Part shown: positions 23,412-35,313 of the stretch, piece by piece
Layout: each line of letters opens with the position of its first letter
Position numbering within the stretch: the stretch's first letter is position 1
Assembly: GCF_000143415.4 (NCBI RefSeq)
Contig: NW_003314261.1
Location: forward strand, 5,420,360 to 5,484,359
From: Selaginella moellendorffii
Lineage: Eukaryota > Plantae > Lycopodiophyta
Length of the DNA: 64,000 nucleotides
Reading direction: 5' to 3'
The notes under the pieces: model-generated
The model's database searches: none
Seen by the model: only the letters and a program-made list of their open reading frames with translations
Told to the model about the DNA's origin: nothing
Translations under genes and position numbers: made by a program

Positions 23412-23547
23412 GTTTGCTATTTGATACAAGAGCCCTAAAAATCAATCGCTCGCGGGAGAGAAGCTGGGTTATGGCGGCGTGTGATTTCGGCCCCGGTATG
23501 TCGATTGGATCTCTCTAGGCGCTCCTTGGTTGCTTCGCTCGACTACA

Positions 23548-24024
23548 ATGCCTCTGGTTGCGAATTCGCTGTCTGCGCCTTCGATTTGCGGTGCCCAATT
23601 CCAGCGCCAAGCCTGCTCGCCATCGACCTCATCGGCATCGACAGTGGCATGCTCTTCACGGCACAAAATCTCATCCAGAACAGTGCCGTCGATCACGTCT
23701 CAGCCTCGCCGCCGCAGGGCAGGGCTCGCAATCTGCGAGATTGCGGTGGGGCGGCAGGGCGCAGCGGCGGCGGCGGCGGCAGCGGCGGGCGTGGGATCGA
23801 GGATCAGAGTGAAAGGGCCGCTCAAGGTGTTCCATGTTCCCAAGAATCCAGAGTTTGATCTCGGGGGCCAGGAGGGAGAGGTGAAAGAGGTTCTCACGAG
23901 CTGGAAGGGGAAGATCATCTCCGCGAATTTGCCATACAAGACCCAGTTTGCGCTGAGCATCGACGGCAAGGAGGTGAAGCTGATCGCCCATCTGCGGGAG
24001 GACGAATTCGAGGTCATCGGATGA
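23548..24024 (+). CDS. FTRA: Ferredoxin-thioredoxin reductase variable (alpha) subunit, chloroplast precursor
   Basis: Ser/Arg/Ala-rich transit peptide, then VGSRIRVKGPLKVFHVPKNPEFDLGGQEGEVK...WKGKIISANLPYKTQF...AHLREDEFEVI. Confidence 0.92.
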   Translation: MPLVANSLSAPSICGAQFQRQACSPSTSSASTVACSSRHKISSRTVPSITSQPRRRRAGLAICEIAVGRQGAAAAAAAAAGVGSRIRVKGPLKVFHVPKNPEFDLGGQEGEVKEVLTSWKGKIISANLPYKTQFALSIDGKEVKLIAHLREDEFEVIG

Positions 24025-24141
24025 TTGAGAGAGATCGAAGCGAAGAATTTGTGAGCGAATTCTTTTTGCGTCTCGTTTGAAATAATATCCAACGACAAGA
24101 ATGTAGGGTTCTTGTTCTTAGGGCTCTTGTTTTGTTGATCG

Positions 24142-25507
24142 ATGGCGCTCGCTGCGGCTTCCAGAGCTGGAGACTTGGATAATCTCTGCGTGCTGTTGAA
24201 GGTACTGGCAGATCGATTCGCAGATCGATAGAATTTGTGTGATTTCTAGGCCGGTGCCGATCCGAATGCGAGAGATAAACGAGGGAAGACTGCGCTTCAC
24301 GAGGTGCTGCTGCTGATTTCGACGGCCGATCGATCGGATTTTCTTGCAGGCTTGCTCGCAAGGGCATGACAAATGCGTGGAGGCGCTCTTGAGAGCGGGA
24401 GCATTGGTATCGGCGCACAAGACAAATGGATTTACGCCTCTTCACTACGCCGCCGCTACTGGTCGAGCTTCGATCATCTCTATTCTTCTTGCCAGGTATG
24501 TGATTCCAATCTTTCTTTTCAGCCTCCTAGCTAGTTTATCTAGTTTTGGTTTCAGTGGAGCAAACGCTTGCGATCGCGATCACAAGGGCGAGCAAGCAAT
24601 CCACCTCGCAGCTCGGGGTGGATTTGTTCCGGCAGTGGAAATTCTTCTCGCTCATGGTGCTTCTGGCAACGCAGCAAGTAACAATGGTCGCACCAGGTAC
24701 TTTCAAGGTTCTCTTGGTGGTGGTTTTTCACGAAAGAAAAGAAACTCACCGTTTCTTGCTAGTGAAGGCTAGCAGTGTTCATACGGCGTCTCTCCATGGA
24801 CACGAACTTGTTCTGCGGCTTCTCTTATCGTCCGGAGCTGATCCGGCAGCCTGCGACACTGGAGGCTCTCAACCCATTCATGATGCTGCTGCCGGTGGCC
24901 ACGTCGGTTGCATGGAGCTCCTGACGCATTTGGGAGCGGATCCAAATGCCAGTGATTGCGCGGGCTGTACTCCTTTGCATCGGGGTTCATCCGCTGGCGA
25001 GGTTGACGCTGCTCGATGGCTACTTAAGGTATGAATCGAGAACTTCACAAAGAGCTTTTCTTCTCAATCTATATGTTTTTGGTTTTGTAGCAGAAGGGTG
25101 TTGATGCGAACTGTCGAGACAACATCGGATCGACTCCTTTGTACTGGGCTGCGAGCCGTGGACGTGCCGATGTTGTGGCTCTTTTGATCCGCGAAGGCAA
25201 TGCTGATCCCTCCGCGCCAAATGCACACCGATCTCCACTTCATGTTGCGGCAGGCAAGCCTTTCTAACTTTCTATCCTCCATGAGTCATCAGTGTTGTGG
25301 ATCTCCCCAGGCTGGAGGCATTTGAGTGTCTGCGATGAGCTACTCAAGGCCGGAGCTGATCCATTGGCAGTCGACAGGGAGGGACTCACTGTTCTTCAAG
25401 TTGCCAAGACTGACGACGTTGCGAAACTTCTTGACGAGGTATTCCTTCATTTTTGTCAAAGTTTTCCTATCGCAGTTCGGCAGGAACTGGTTGCGTCGAG
25501 ATCTTGA
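24142..25507 (+). CDS. Ankyrin-repeat protein, multi-exon
   Basis: Repeats GADPNARDKRGKTALHEAC, GFTPLHYAAATG, GEQAIHLAARGG, QPIHDAAAGGH, GCTPLHRG, RSPLHVAAG, GADPLAVDREGLT across short introns. The 3' end (ELVASRS*) is tentative. Confidence 0.82.
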
Positions 25508-25947
25508 GCGCCGAGCTGTGCCTTTCCAGAGGAGCTTGTCTATTTTCTCACTCACGAAGTGGAGGGCTGAGAGTTTTAAGTCTGGACGACACCAATATGA
25601 TCTGTGGGGCTTAAGTCTTCTCAGGTACGCAACGCAATATCTAGGCAAAGTGCGCCACCCATTGAGAAAAGTCAAACTCTTTTCAAGAGATCGAAGGAGC
25701 AAACGGGCAAAAGTCTTTACACAAGCCAATGATTTCTAAACAGCCTCTAACGATCGAAGAGACAAGGTTTTTTAAATGAGTAAATGGATGGAACGAAAGG
25801 CTGGCCTTTGCAATCCGACTAGAGATTAACAATTGTCTCATTTGCAACTCTATCAACTTAAATCTTTGTCCAAATGACGGTCATAGGGGTCGTCCCGCAT
25901 GTAAAAAACAGGACACGCAAGCCCTAGAAATGATTCTTGGGTGAGCA

Positions 25948-26049
25948 ACCAACGGTCGGCTCACTGACAGCTGTCAGGCGTCCCCACGTCAGAGGAACGG
26001 TCATAAAAGAATTTGACCACCGGTGATGACGGAATATGCTCCAACGGTT
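25948..26049 (+). promoter_or_regulatory. Cluster of MSA-like (AACGG) elements
   Basis: ACCAACGGTC (25948), GGAACGGTC (25994) and TCCAACGGTT (26040) within ~100 bp, upstream of the second EDR2-like gene. Confidence 0.45.
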
Positions 26050-26315
26050 CCTTCAAGCTGGAGCTGAATATTCCCCTCGACATACTTCTAATTTTTATGT
26101 TCTCCGTGTGGCTCTCTGGCCGGCGCGTCTTTAGGCTAATTTTTGCTTTCGTCTTCCTTCTTGCGCTTTGATTGATGATCTTTTTGGCGCCTTCGCGTGT
26201 CCCGGGGGATTATCCGCCGCCGCGATTCTTGGCCACGGGAGGATAGGCGGAGCTGCCGCGATCGCGATCCAGGCGCAGGTTTTCTCTGGGGAAATCTCCA
26301 TTGCGATTCCGCAGG

Positions 26316-29300
26316 ATGTCGACGAAAGATCTCGACAGGGAGCAAATGAGCTCCGCATCGGAAAAGAGGGCTTCCGTGTATGCGGGCTGGATCTACCATG
26401 TCGGGAGTAACTCCATGGGGTACCAGTTTTGCAATCCGCGGTACCTCGTGATCAAGGGGAAGTATGTGGAGATGTATAAGCGCGATCCCAATGATTTTCC
26501 CAGCAAGGTAGATGGATTGCATATTTTTTTGCTATAGAATTAATGTTTTTTGGTGGCCAGAAACCGATTAGAAGGGGCGTGGCTGGGAAATTTACAATGG
26601 TGAAGGAAATTGGGAGGCAGATTTTCCATGGCCGGGTAAGGAAAGAAGCTTTCAAAGTTCGTCGGCTTGAAACTTCGTTGTGAAAACAGGTCCTTTATGT
26701 GCTTAAGATCTATAGTCGAGTTGACCATGGCAAACATGGTGAAGTAAGTTTTCTTTTCTCTTTTTCGACGTCTTGTGCGAGCTCAACTGAGTTCTTTCTT
26801 TCAGATTGCTTGCACCAGCGCTGAGGAAGTCGAAAAATGGATGTCAGCATTCCGTCACGCCAAAGAGGAGGTATGTCAAGAAGGTTCATCTGAATCTTTA
26901 GTTCATCGATGTGTTTTGAGCAGGCGGAGTATGTATCGAACAAGCTAAGCTTCATAAACAATGAGACAGAGTAAGCATTGATTGATGCTCTTCTACGATC
27001 TCTAAGAGCGGAGGATTTTTTCTCAGGTTTAACGTAAACGGGCCACGATACCACTCTAAATCGTATCTGAGCAAACTTATTTACATTGGACGAGGTAGCT
27101 TTTGTTGTTTTGAAAGGAATCAATCTCATCATGGTTTCTGTAGGTCCCGAGTCCTTGCTGCGCCGCCCCTCGATGGTCGCACAGGATCCTCTGCCAGCAG
27201 TTTCGTACACTAAGCAAGCTGGTGATGCTGTAGAGCAGACTGATTGGAGATGCTTTCGCACCGTAAACGGTACGTACAGGTCTTAACCAAATCATTTGTG
27301 TAAGCCCTTAAAAAATGTATTCTTTCTGTCTCCAGGCTTGAGAATCTTTGAAGACATCAAGGTAGGTTGTATACAACCGGCTCTATCGAGAATGAACTGT
27401 TTTTTATTTTGCGTTTGTGCCGCAGTCCGAGAACGGGGCCATAATGAAATCTGTTGGCGTAGTCGAAGCAACGCCAGAAATGATATTCGAGATGATCATG
27501 ACTCTGGATATTTCTTTGAGGCATCAGTAAGTCTTTGAATTCAATTGCTCTTTCTTTTAAGCCAAGTTGAACCTGCTTATCAGGTGGGACACCTTGACTG
27601 GGCAATTGGAGCTTGTGGAGCACATAGATGGGCATACGGACATTGTGTACGGGACGTTTGATCCTAAATACTTCAAGAGGTCGGTTTGTTTTTTTCCAAA
27701 TCGTAAGTTGCAAAAACGTGTTTTTCTCGTTTTAAAGGTGGAGCAGCCTCTTTAGCTATAAAAGATATTATGTGTTCTCTCGCTATTGGCGTCGGCATCA
27801 GGACGGCTCTTACTGTATATATTTTTACCATCTGTCTATGCTTATTCTAATTGCTACGCGTGTTTTGCAGACATTACACAGATGGAAGTTTCTCACAAAG
27901 GGGCTCCTCGTAAGCCCGGGTACAGAAAAATCACACTTAATCGTAAGAAGAGATTTTCAGCTTTACTTGACATTCGTGTGGTTTCTTTAGCTGGAGTGTG
28001 GGAGATTACTCCCCTCCCATCGAAACCAGGAACTGGGACTCCAAGGTCCCTTGTCACCCAGATCATGGAGATTAAGTCTACCGGCTGGGGCCGCTGGAAG
28101 AAAAGCCACTACTCCAAGTTCCACGCGACGGTTCCATATGCAATGCTATGTCGCACGGCAGGTTTGTCTAAATACATGTTGGCAGCTCATCATCGTTGCT
28201 TTTTCTGCAGGATTAAGAGAGTACTTCTCCGCAGAAGCCCTGCACGGGGTAGAAGAGCGCCTGGTTACAAAGAGCATCGTTAACCACGATGAATCTACTT
28301 GCGAGACAACAAGACTTTCGCAGGTTGAAACCAACGAAGAGTTTTATGACGCTATTACGGCAGGAGATCCAGCCGATGAGGACGACGATGACAGTGAAGA
28401 AGAGGAGAAGAAACCGCTGAATAAGGTCCGCATCACCAGACGCAAGAAATATAGGATTACTTTACCACATTGAAGGCCTTCTATATGCCTGCTGTCATCT
28501 TTCGTGCAGGTGCGAATGCTGGTCATGTGATGCATTTCATATTCTTGCTTTCTCTTTTGGATTTTCATAATCTTTTGGTTGGAAGTTTCTGATCTGCTGG
28601 TGATGTGTAGACAGGATCACACAAGCTTCGAAGGGTTACGTGGGGAGTCATGCTGTTATCTAAACGGCCTCCAGGTTTGAAGCTAGGCTATACTTCAAAG
28701 CTTTCCGGATTACTTACTGAGGTTTCAGCTCCCGGGGACAATGGAGAACTTATGTTGGGCTGCTCAGCCATGGAAATAAATATGAAGCTCTTCAAGAGCA
28801 CTCTTCGCCATCAAAGTTCTGAAAAAGATCAAAACTGCTGGTGCGATCCTGGTGGTCAAGGATTTATGGTTAGAGGGAAGACGTACATGAAAGATTACTT
28901 GAAGGTCCGGTTCTTGTATCGTTTTTAGTCACTCACTCACACTACTTTCAGGTGCCTGGAGGAGATCCTCTTTTAAAACTTCTAACAGTCGACTGGCTAA
29001 AGTCAGACGATAAGATTGGTGCAATTGCAAAGCATCCGGCGTCTATTGTCCAGGTTTGTTTGATGCTCATTTTTCTTGGGTTCCAATTTATACTCTTGTT
29101 CTTTTGTCAGACCCCGGCCGGGAAAGCATTGCCATTCATCTTTGTAGTTAATCTACAGGTATTTCTGCTTTTAGGTGGCAGTTTTTTTCTGCCTAACCGA
29201 AAGGAGCATTTTATGAGCAGGTTCCGGCTAAACCGAACTACAGCCTTGTGTTCTATTATGCTGCCGACAGACCAATTCGGCCCGGTTCTCTCCTGGATAA

Positions 29301-29849
29301 ATTTGCGAACGGAGACGACGCATTCAGAAATGCACGGTTCAAACTGATTCCTAGCATTGTAGAGGTAAAATAACACTAGTTAACGTTTTGGTTTTGTTCA
29401 CATCTTGTATCTATACAGGGGTATTGGGTTGTGAAGCGAGCCGTGGGTACAAAGGCCTGCTTGCTTGGACGAGCCGTGACTTGTCATTACATCCGCGAAG
29501 ACAATTATTTTGAGGTAAGGATTCATACCAATGCTGCTGAAAACTCATTGCTACTCTGCCAGATTGACGTAGACATAGGATCATCGTCTGTTGCGCGAGG
29601 AGTGATTGGATTGGTTCTGGGTTACGTGACAAACATCGTTGTGGATCTTGCTGTCTTGATTGAGGTATGTGAAAGAGAGAGCATACTCTGGAATGGAGAT
29701 TAATATCGTCTTCGTTCCAGGCCAAAGAAGAGAGTGAACTGCCGGAGTATCTCTTGGGCACAACAAGGATAAACCGCATTGTGCCAGAGGATGCCAAGGC
29801 GTACGAGACACCCTTAAATCTTTGTTCAAGGCAGTCACTACCCATGTGA
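26316..29849 (+). CDS. EDR2-like PH + START + DUF1336 protein (second paralog), multi-exon
   Basis: YAGWIYHVGSNSMGYQFCNPRYLVIKGKYVEMYKRDP (PH); WDTLTGQLELVEHIDGHTDIVYG, FSRYWRRHQDGSY, GVWEITPL (START); WCDPGGQGFMVRGKTY, FIFVVNLQ, YWVVKRAVGTKACLLG, AKEESELPEYLLGTTRI...QSLPM* (DUF1336). Confidence 0.9.
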
Positions 29850-31955
29850 CAAAAAAGCATGGTCTGTGGATACAAAATTTTGGTAGACACGACACGACTT
29901 GGTCCTGTGCATAATTCTATGCGGTTTGTAAAGAATTCATTTATAAAGTCTTTTACACGTTTGTTCCGGAAAGGTGGCAAGGCTAGCTCTGCATGACCCT
30001 CCGCTGGAATTCGATTGGATGACAATGGCTATGTTGAGCACTTACCTGAAATTCAAATAAGTTAGTCCAGTCGTTAAATAGAATTTACCTTTTTAAATGC
30101 AAAACCCACCTAGTATTAATATAGCCGATCTGTTTGCAAGAATGTGTGCCATTGTCTCGTCTTGTTGCACCTATCATCTCTTCCAGTGTTTCAATCCTAG
30201 AGTTTATTGCTGAAGAGTTTTGAGATAGTCTTGTTCGTTTCCATCATCAACGAACAGTAATATGTTGGTATCCTGCTAAACGCAACTACAGTCAGTTATA
30301 TCCTATCTAGAAACCGATCCCACCTTGTCTCGCTTTACTAGTCATAACCACAGTTCGGGTGGAGAGATCTATAATCCTACCAAAAAACCATGAGGTAGAA
30401 TCAGCTACAGATTCGCTCAGATAGTTTCTTACCTCTTCCCAGTTGCCAAGTAGTATCAGCTCTTCTCTCGTTGTTACCTGCATTCACAGCATCTTGCGAC
30501 ATCAACACCTGAATTTCTGCGATCATCAGACATAACTACAATCAAATTAGGAGAGAAAAAAATTTAACCTGCCCATACGTGATCAAAATGGTAGGTGTTT
30601 TCCGAGTAATGACCTCCATGCTGCAAGCAGACACAACAGCGTCAGAGAGAAAGAAACAAACAAAGATCATCCGATCGTATTCCAAGGGATATTTCTCACT
30701 TCCCAAGCTCACCAAAACTAAAAAGGGGAAGCACTTGCCATGGCTATACATATTGACTATCTTCAAACCTGCTACTCGCTCGAACAGGCTTAATGCTGAC
30801 ATTGTAAATCAAATCAACAGTCACAAGAGGCGAGCCAAATTACTGCTTAGTACCTGGTCAAAAAAGTGGCTGCAGAAATAGTAGCCCGCTAGTCCAAAGA
30901 GTCGTGGCAAATGACGCTTAACTTGAGAGTCCATCCCATCTTTAAGAAGTGTGGCTAGATCCTCCTCGGTTGCATCATCGAATGATGCCGACACCACCGC
31001 AGCACCTTCAACTGTCTTTCTGCTCTGCTGGAGGGCGCAAATCCCACGTTCAAGCCGAACCATTTTATATAAAAGCTTGGTGCTTTTCGAAAAGCTGAGG
31101 AAAAAAACAAGTTACTAGAAATCAAAACAGAGAACTCAGTTACCTTGGCAGAGTCGGATATTCAAATTTTCCGGGGTACAGCTTCCGGCTTCTTGTCACC
31201 TCAACAAGGAAAAAGCGAACATCACTGACAATGTAAAACGAAGAAAAGGTAATCAGCCAGAAAGAGTTTCATAGTTTATTAGCTTTGACCCACAAGGTGA
31301 AAATTTAGATCGACCTCAGCAGCTTCAGGCACTTCTCTCTTGATGTGGTTCCCTTTGCTGTCCTTTCCTTTCAAGCATTTTAGACCCAGCCTCTTAATCT
31401 CGATCGAAGAAGAGCACGCAAACTTTGCAGATCTAATTGGGTGTACAATGCTGTAATGAAACAAAAAAACAATTAATCAATACTTTCAAAAGCACGATTT
31501 TTTTACCTTAGTGCTGGAAACTTTTGAAGTAATAAAGGTGAATCTATCACCTTTGTTGCAAACTTGGATATTGTAGTCTATCCATCTTCGCTGAGAGCAA
31601 ATCAATCCTGCTTGGGAGGTCTTGCTTTTGCATACCAAGAACAATGGCATTTATGCTCTTGATCTAGTCATGAGTTTCCCACGACATCCAGAAGGAGATT
31701 TTGAGTAAATACCCTGCCAACAAGAATTAAAAAAAAAAAAGAGTAAAAAGGAAAAAACAACTTACATCGTGCGCATTGCGAGGCATGGGAGAAATGCCAG
31801 CCTCAGGTAGCCAAAGTGATGGTTGCTGCTCCGGCCTGCAGAGAAGAAACAAAGCACGAATCAATGAATGGAACAAAAGCTTAGTTCAAAATTAACTTAC
31901 CTGTCCGATGTTGCAGGAAACTCTGGAGCAGGTGCTGGCGGTGGCTGCTCAGGCC

Positions 31956-32067
31956 TGAAACGAACAAGAGAGCGAACCCTAGGCCAACCTCCCAACCCTT
32001 AAGGCGTTACGGCCTTAAATCCCACAAGCCATGGAATATTCTCGGAATATTCCCGTGGTTCGTGTCA
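31956..32067 (-). repeat. 3' LTR
   Basis: Direct repeat of 35202-35313, adjacent to the polypurine tract. Confidence 0.96.
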
Positions 32068-35000
32068 TTTTCCCCTCCCTCATGACCCAGCCACATACGG
32101 TAGCCTCGAGAAGCTAAACGAGCCTCAAATGAAGGGAGTCCAAGGCAATACGGCCATGGAGAAAAGATGTGCAAACGGCAACACCAACGTCGCAACAAAC
32201 AGTCACGAAAGAAAGAAAGCAATACGGCTTTCTCACATGACAATACGGTCATGGAAAACAAGAGAATGAGAATAGAACAAACGGCTCAAATCATATAGCA
32301 ATACGGTTATAGAACTCAATTCTCCCCTTCCTCAGGAATGTCATCCAAGTCATAACCAAAACTCGGAAACACTCTCTTCACGTCATCCTCCGTTTCCCAT
32401 GTAGCTTCGTCCATGGAATAACCATTCCACTGAACTAACAACTCCCTAGTTGTCTTTCGGCGTGTTTTCACCAATCTTTGAGCAAGAATATTGGCTGGAC
32501 CAGCCTTCTCTGCATCAATCTCTGGAACCTGGATGATGGACTGATCCACGATATCACCAGAGTGCAAACACGCTTTAAGCTTGCTCACATGGAACGTTGG
32601 ATGAATCTTCGAACTAACTGGCAAGTCCAAAGTGTATGCAAGATCCCCTACACGCTGTAAAATTGTCCAAGGTCCACAATACCGTGGAGACAACTTAGCA
32701 CTGCCACCGCCTTTTAATCCTTTTAGAGACCGTTGTGCATCCGACAGCTTAAGGAAAACCTTGTCACCAACTTTGTACTCTTGATGACGACGATGCTCAT
32801 CAGCCAATCTTTTGTCTCGTTCTTGAGCTTGCCTCATGTTCAATTTTGCCAACTCAAGCTTGTCTTGCATATCCTCCAGGAAATCACAAGCATGAGGAAC
32901 CCGAACCAAAGCCAAATTCAAACTCACAGGAGACCTAGGCTCATAACCATACATCGCCATAAAAGGAGACATGCCAATAGCCAATTGATGAGCGCTATTG
33001 TGAGCAAACTGAAGCAAAGGCAAGTATTTTTCCCATACTCCCTGTCGAGTCAAGTTTCCCACAAAAGACCGTAGCATATCTTCTAATAGCTGATTCATGC
33101 GCTCTGTCTGCCCATCAGATTGTGGATGCTCACCACTACTCATGCTCAGTTTAGTCTCTAGTTTTTCAAAGACCGTTTGCCAAAACTTGGACGTGAACTT
33201 AGGATCCCGATCACTCACAATGTCACCCGGCAAACCATAGAGACTGAATAACCGGTCTACAAACAACTGAGCAAGTTCAGAAGCTTTTATCGTTGTCTTC
33301 ACAGGAAGCTTTTATCGTTGTCTTCACAGGGAAGAAGTGAGCCATCTTCGTCAAACGATCCACAACAACCCAAATAGCATCATTTCCTCGAAAGGTTTTG
33401 GGCAAACCAGTGATAAAGTCCATATCCCACTTATTCTCGGGTACACGTAAAGGATGATAGAGGCCAGCGAGCTTCTGATGATCAACTTTGACCGCCTGGC
33501 AGGTCAAACAACCACGTACGTACTTCTCAACATCTGACTTCATCCCAGGCCAAAAGAAATGCCTCTTCACCAACATATACGTTCTCAATACCCCCGGATG
33601 CCCAGCACTTGGAACATCATGACACTCAACCAAAATCCGTTTGATGAGTTTGTCAACACGAGGAACCACAACACGTCCCTTCTTCACCAGGATTCCATCT
33701 CGTATTTTGAATGACGCAAACTTGTCACCCTTCAAATCTGTAGAGGCGTCCCTCAACAAAACCTTCGCGCGAATACCAGTGATAAAGGAGTCGAAGTCAG
33801 CAAACTCCTTAAGCTCATCCAAGAGATCGTTGGATAGCTTCACGAACGAGATAGAATTTACCATCCTGAATAACACATCAGCCACCTTATTGTCACCTCC
33901 ATGCTTGTACCGGATCTTAATAGACATTTCCTGCAGGAATTCTTGCCAACGAGCAAGGCGGCCTCGAAGATCCACATCTGGAGAGACTGATGATCTGAAA
34001 CTACATGGAAGTCCGATCCATATAGATAATGTCGCCATTCTTGAGTAGGTCAATTCTGCTGTGTGATATCAAACTTGTGGCTCATGAAGGCAAGAGACTG
34101 CCTAACTTGAAGCAATACGGCCTCAAAAGCACTATCACTCACATCATTGCCTATAATTTCCACCACAGTCACCTTATTATTCATTGACCCCTTCAGAACA
34201 ATCCTTGCTCTGATGTCCAGCTCTATGGCAACGAAAACAATTGCCCTCCGCCTTGTCTTTCTCTCGCTGGTCCAAACGAAGTTTCTTAGCTTCACTGCCA
34301 TCTTCATGCTTCGAGCCACAACGGATTAACGACCGTTTCTTCCCCAAATATGAAGAATTAGCAAGCTGGTCATCACGTTGACTACTTCGTGGACTATCTC
34401 GTTGACCAGAGTTGACCGAGTTGACTGACGGTTCGGGCGAAAAGATCTGAGCCTTAGTGATAGCATCAGTCAATGTTGCTGGAAAATCCTTCTTGACCTT
34501 CTACTGCACATCCACTGAGCTCAATCCTTTGATAAAACATTGCACCTTTAGCAGCTCATTATAGGTGCCCGTGAGACTAAGGCAAAGATCACGGAACTTG
34601 CGGGCATACGCATCCAAAGACAAAGTCCCCTGCCGGATCTCTAACAACTGATTCACGAGATCAACCTCTTCAAACTTCTTGACAAACGAAGCGCGGAAAA
34701 CCTTTGTCAAATCAGTCCAAGACGTCGGCGTCGGATTAGCTTTGATGTAGTTCTTCCACCACGAAGAAGCATGGCCCGTAAGCTTCGTCACAAAGAAATC
34801 TATCTTCACCTATCCTCACAAGGATTGTGAGACCAACAACTTTCCCACAATTCCAACCAAGAATCAACCTCTTGACTATCACAAACATCTGGTGATGATT
34901 TCCATTCCACGATACCATAATCCTTGGCATGCTTGACGTACCAATGGTAATCACGGACATGAGATTGATTCAACCCTTGAGGGTTCATGCGAAGCAAGAA

Positions 35001-35201
35001 ATCCTTGATGAGATTGACGGAATCCTTAACCTCCTTTATGTCGCTTTGAACTGTAGAAATCTGGCGTCCTTGCCGCACAACAACATCATCAAGAGTCTCT
35101 TCTGCATCGTCATGGCTATCCTCACTAACGCCATACTCCTCATCAGGATCAATATCTTGCTCTCCCGCCATCCCCAAAAGAACGTGCTGCTCCGATACCA
35201 A

Positions 35202-35313
35202 TGAAACGAACAAGAGAGCGAACCCTAGGCCAACCTCCCAACCCTTAAGGCGTTACGGCCTTAAATCCCACAGGCCATGGAATATTCTCGGAATATTCCC
35301 GTGGTTCGTGTCA
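35202..35313 (-). repeat. 5' LTR
   Basis: Direct repeat of 31956-32067, adjacent to the primer-binding site. Confidence 0.96.

Larger units (their letters stand above)
31956..35313 (-). mobile_element. Non-autonomous Ty3/gypsy chromovirus derivative, 3358 bp
   Basis: 112-bp TG...CA LTRs (1 mismatch), AGGCC TSD (31951-31955, 35314-35318), iMet-type PBS TGGTATCGGAGC, PPT AGGGAGGGGAAAA; gag with CFRCHRAGHQSKDC; RNase H tail WRHYLYG..F.V.SDHQSL; integrase HHCC and core (MDFITGLP, IVSDRDPKF, HPQSDGQTER); chromodomain (LVQWNGYSMDEATWE). Confidence 0.96.
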
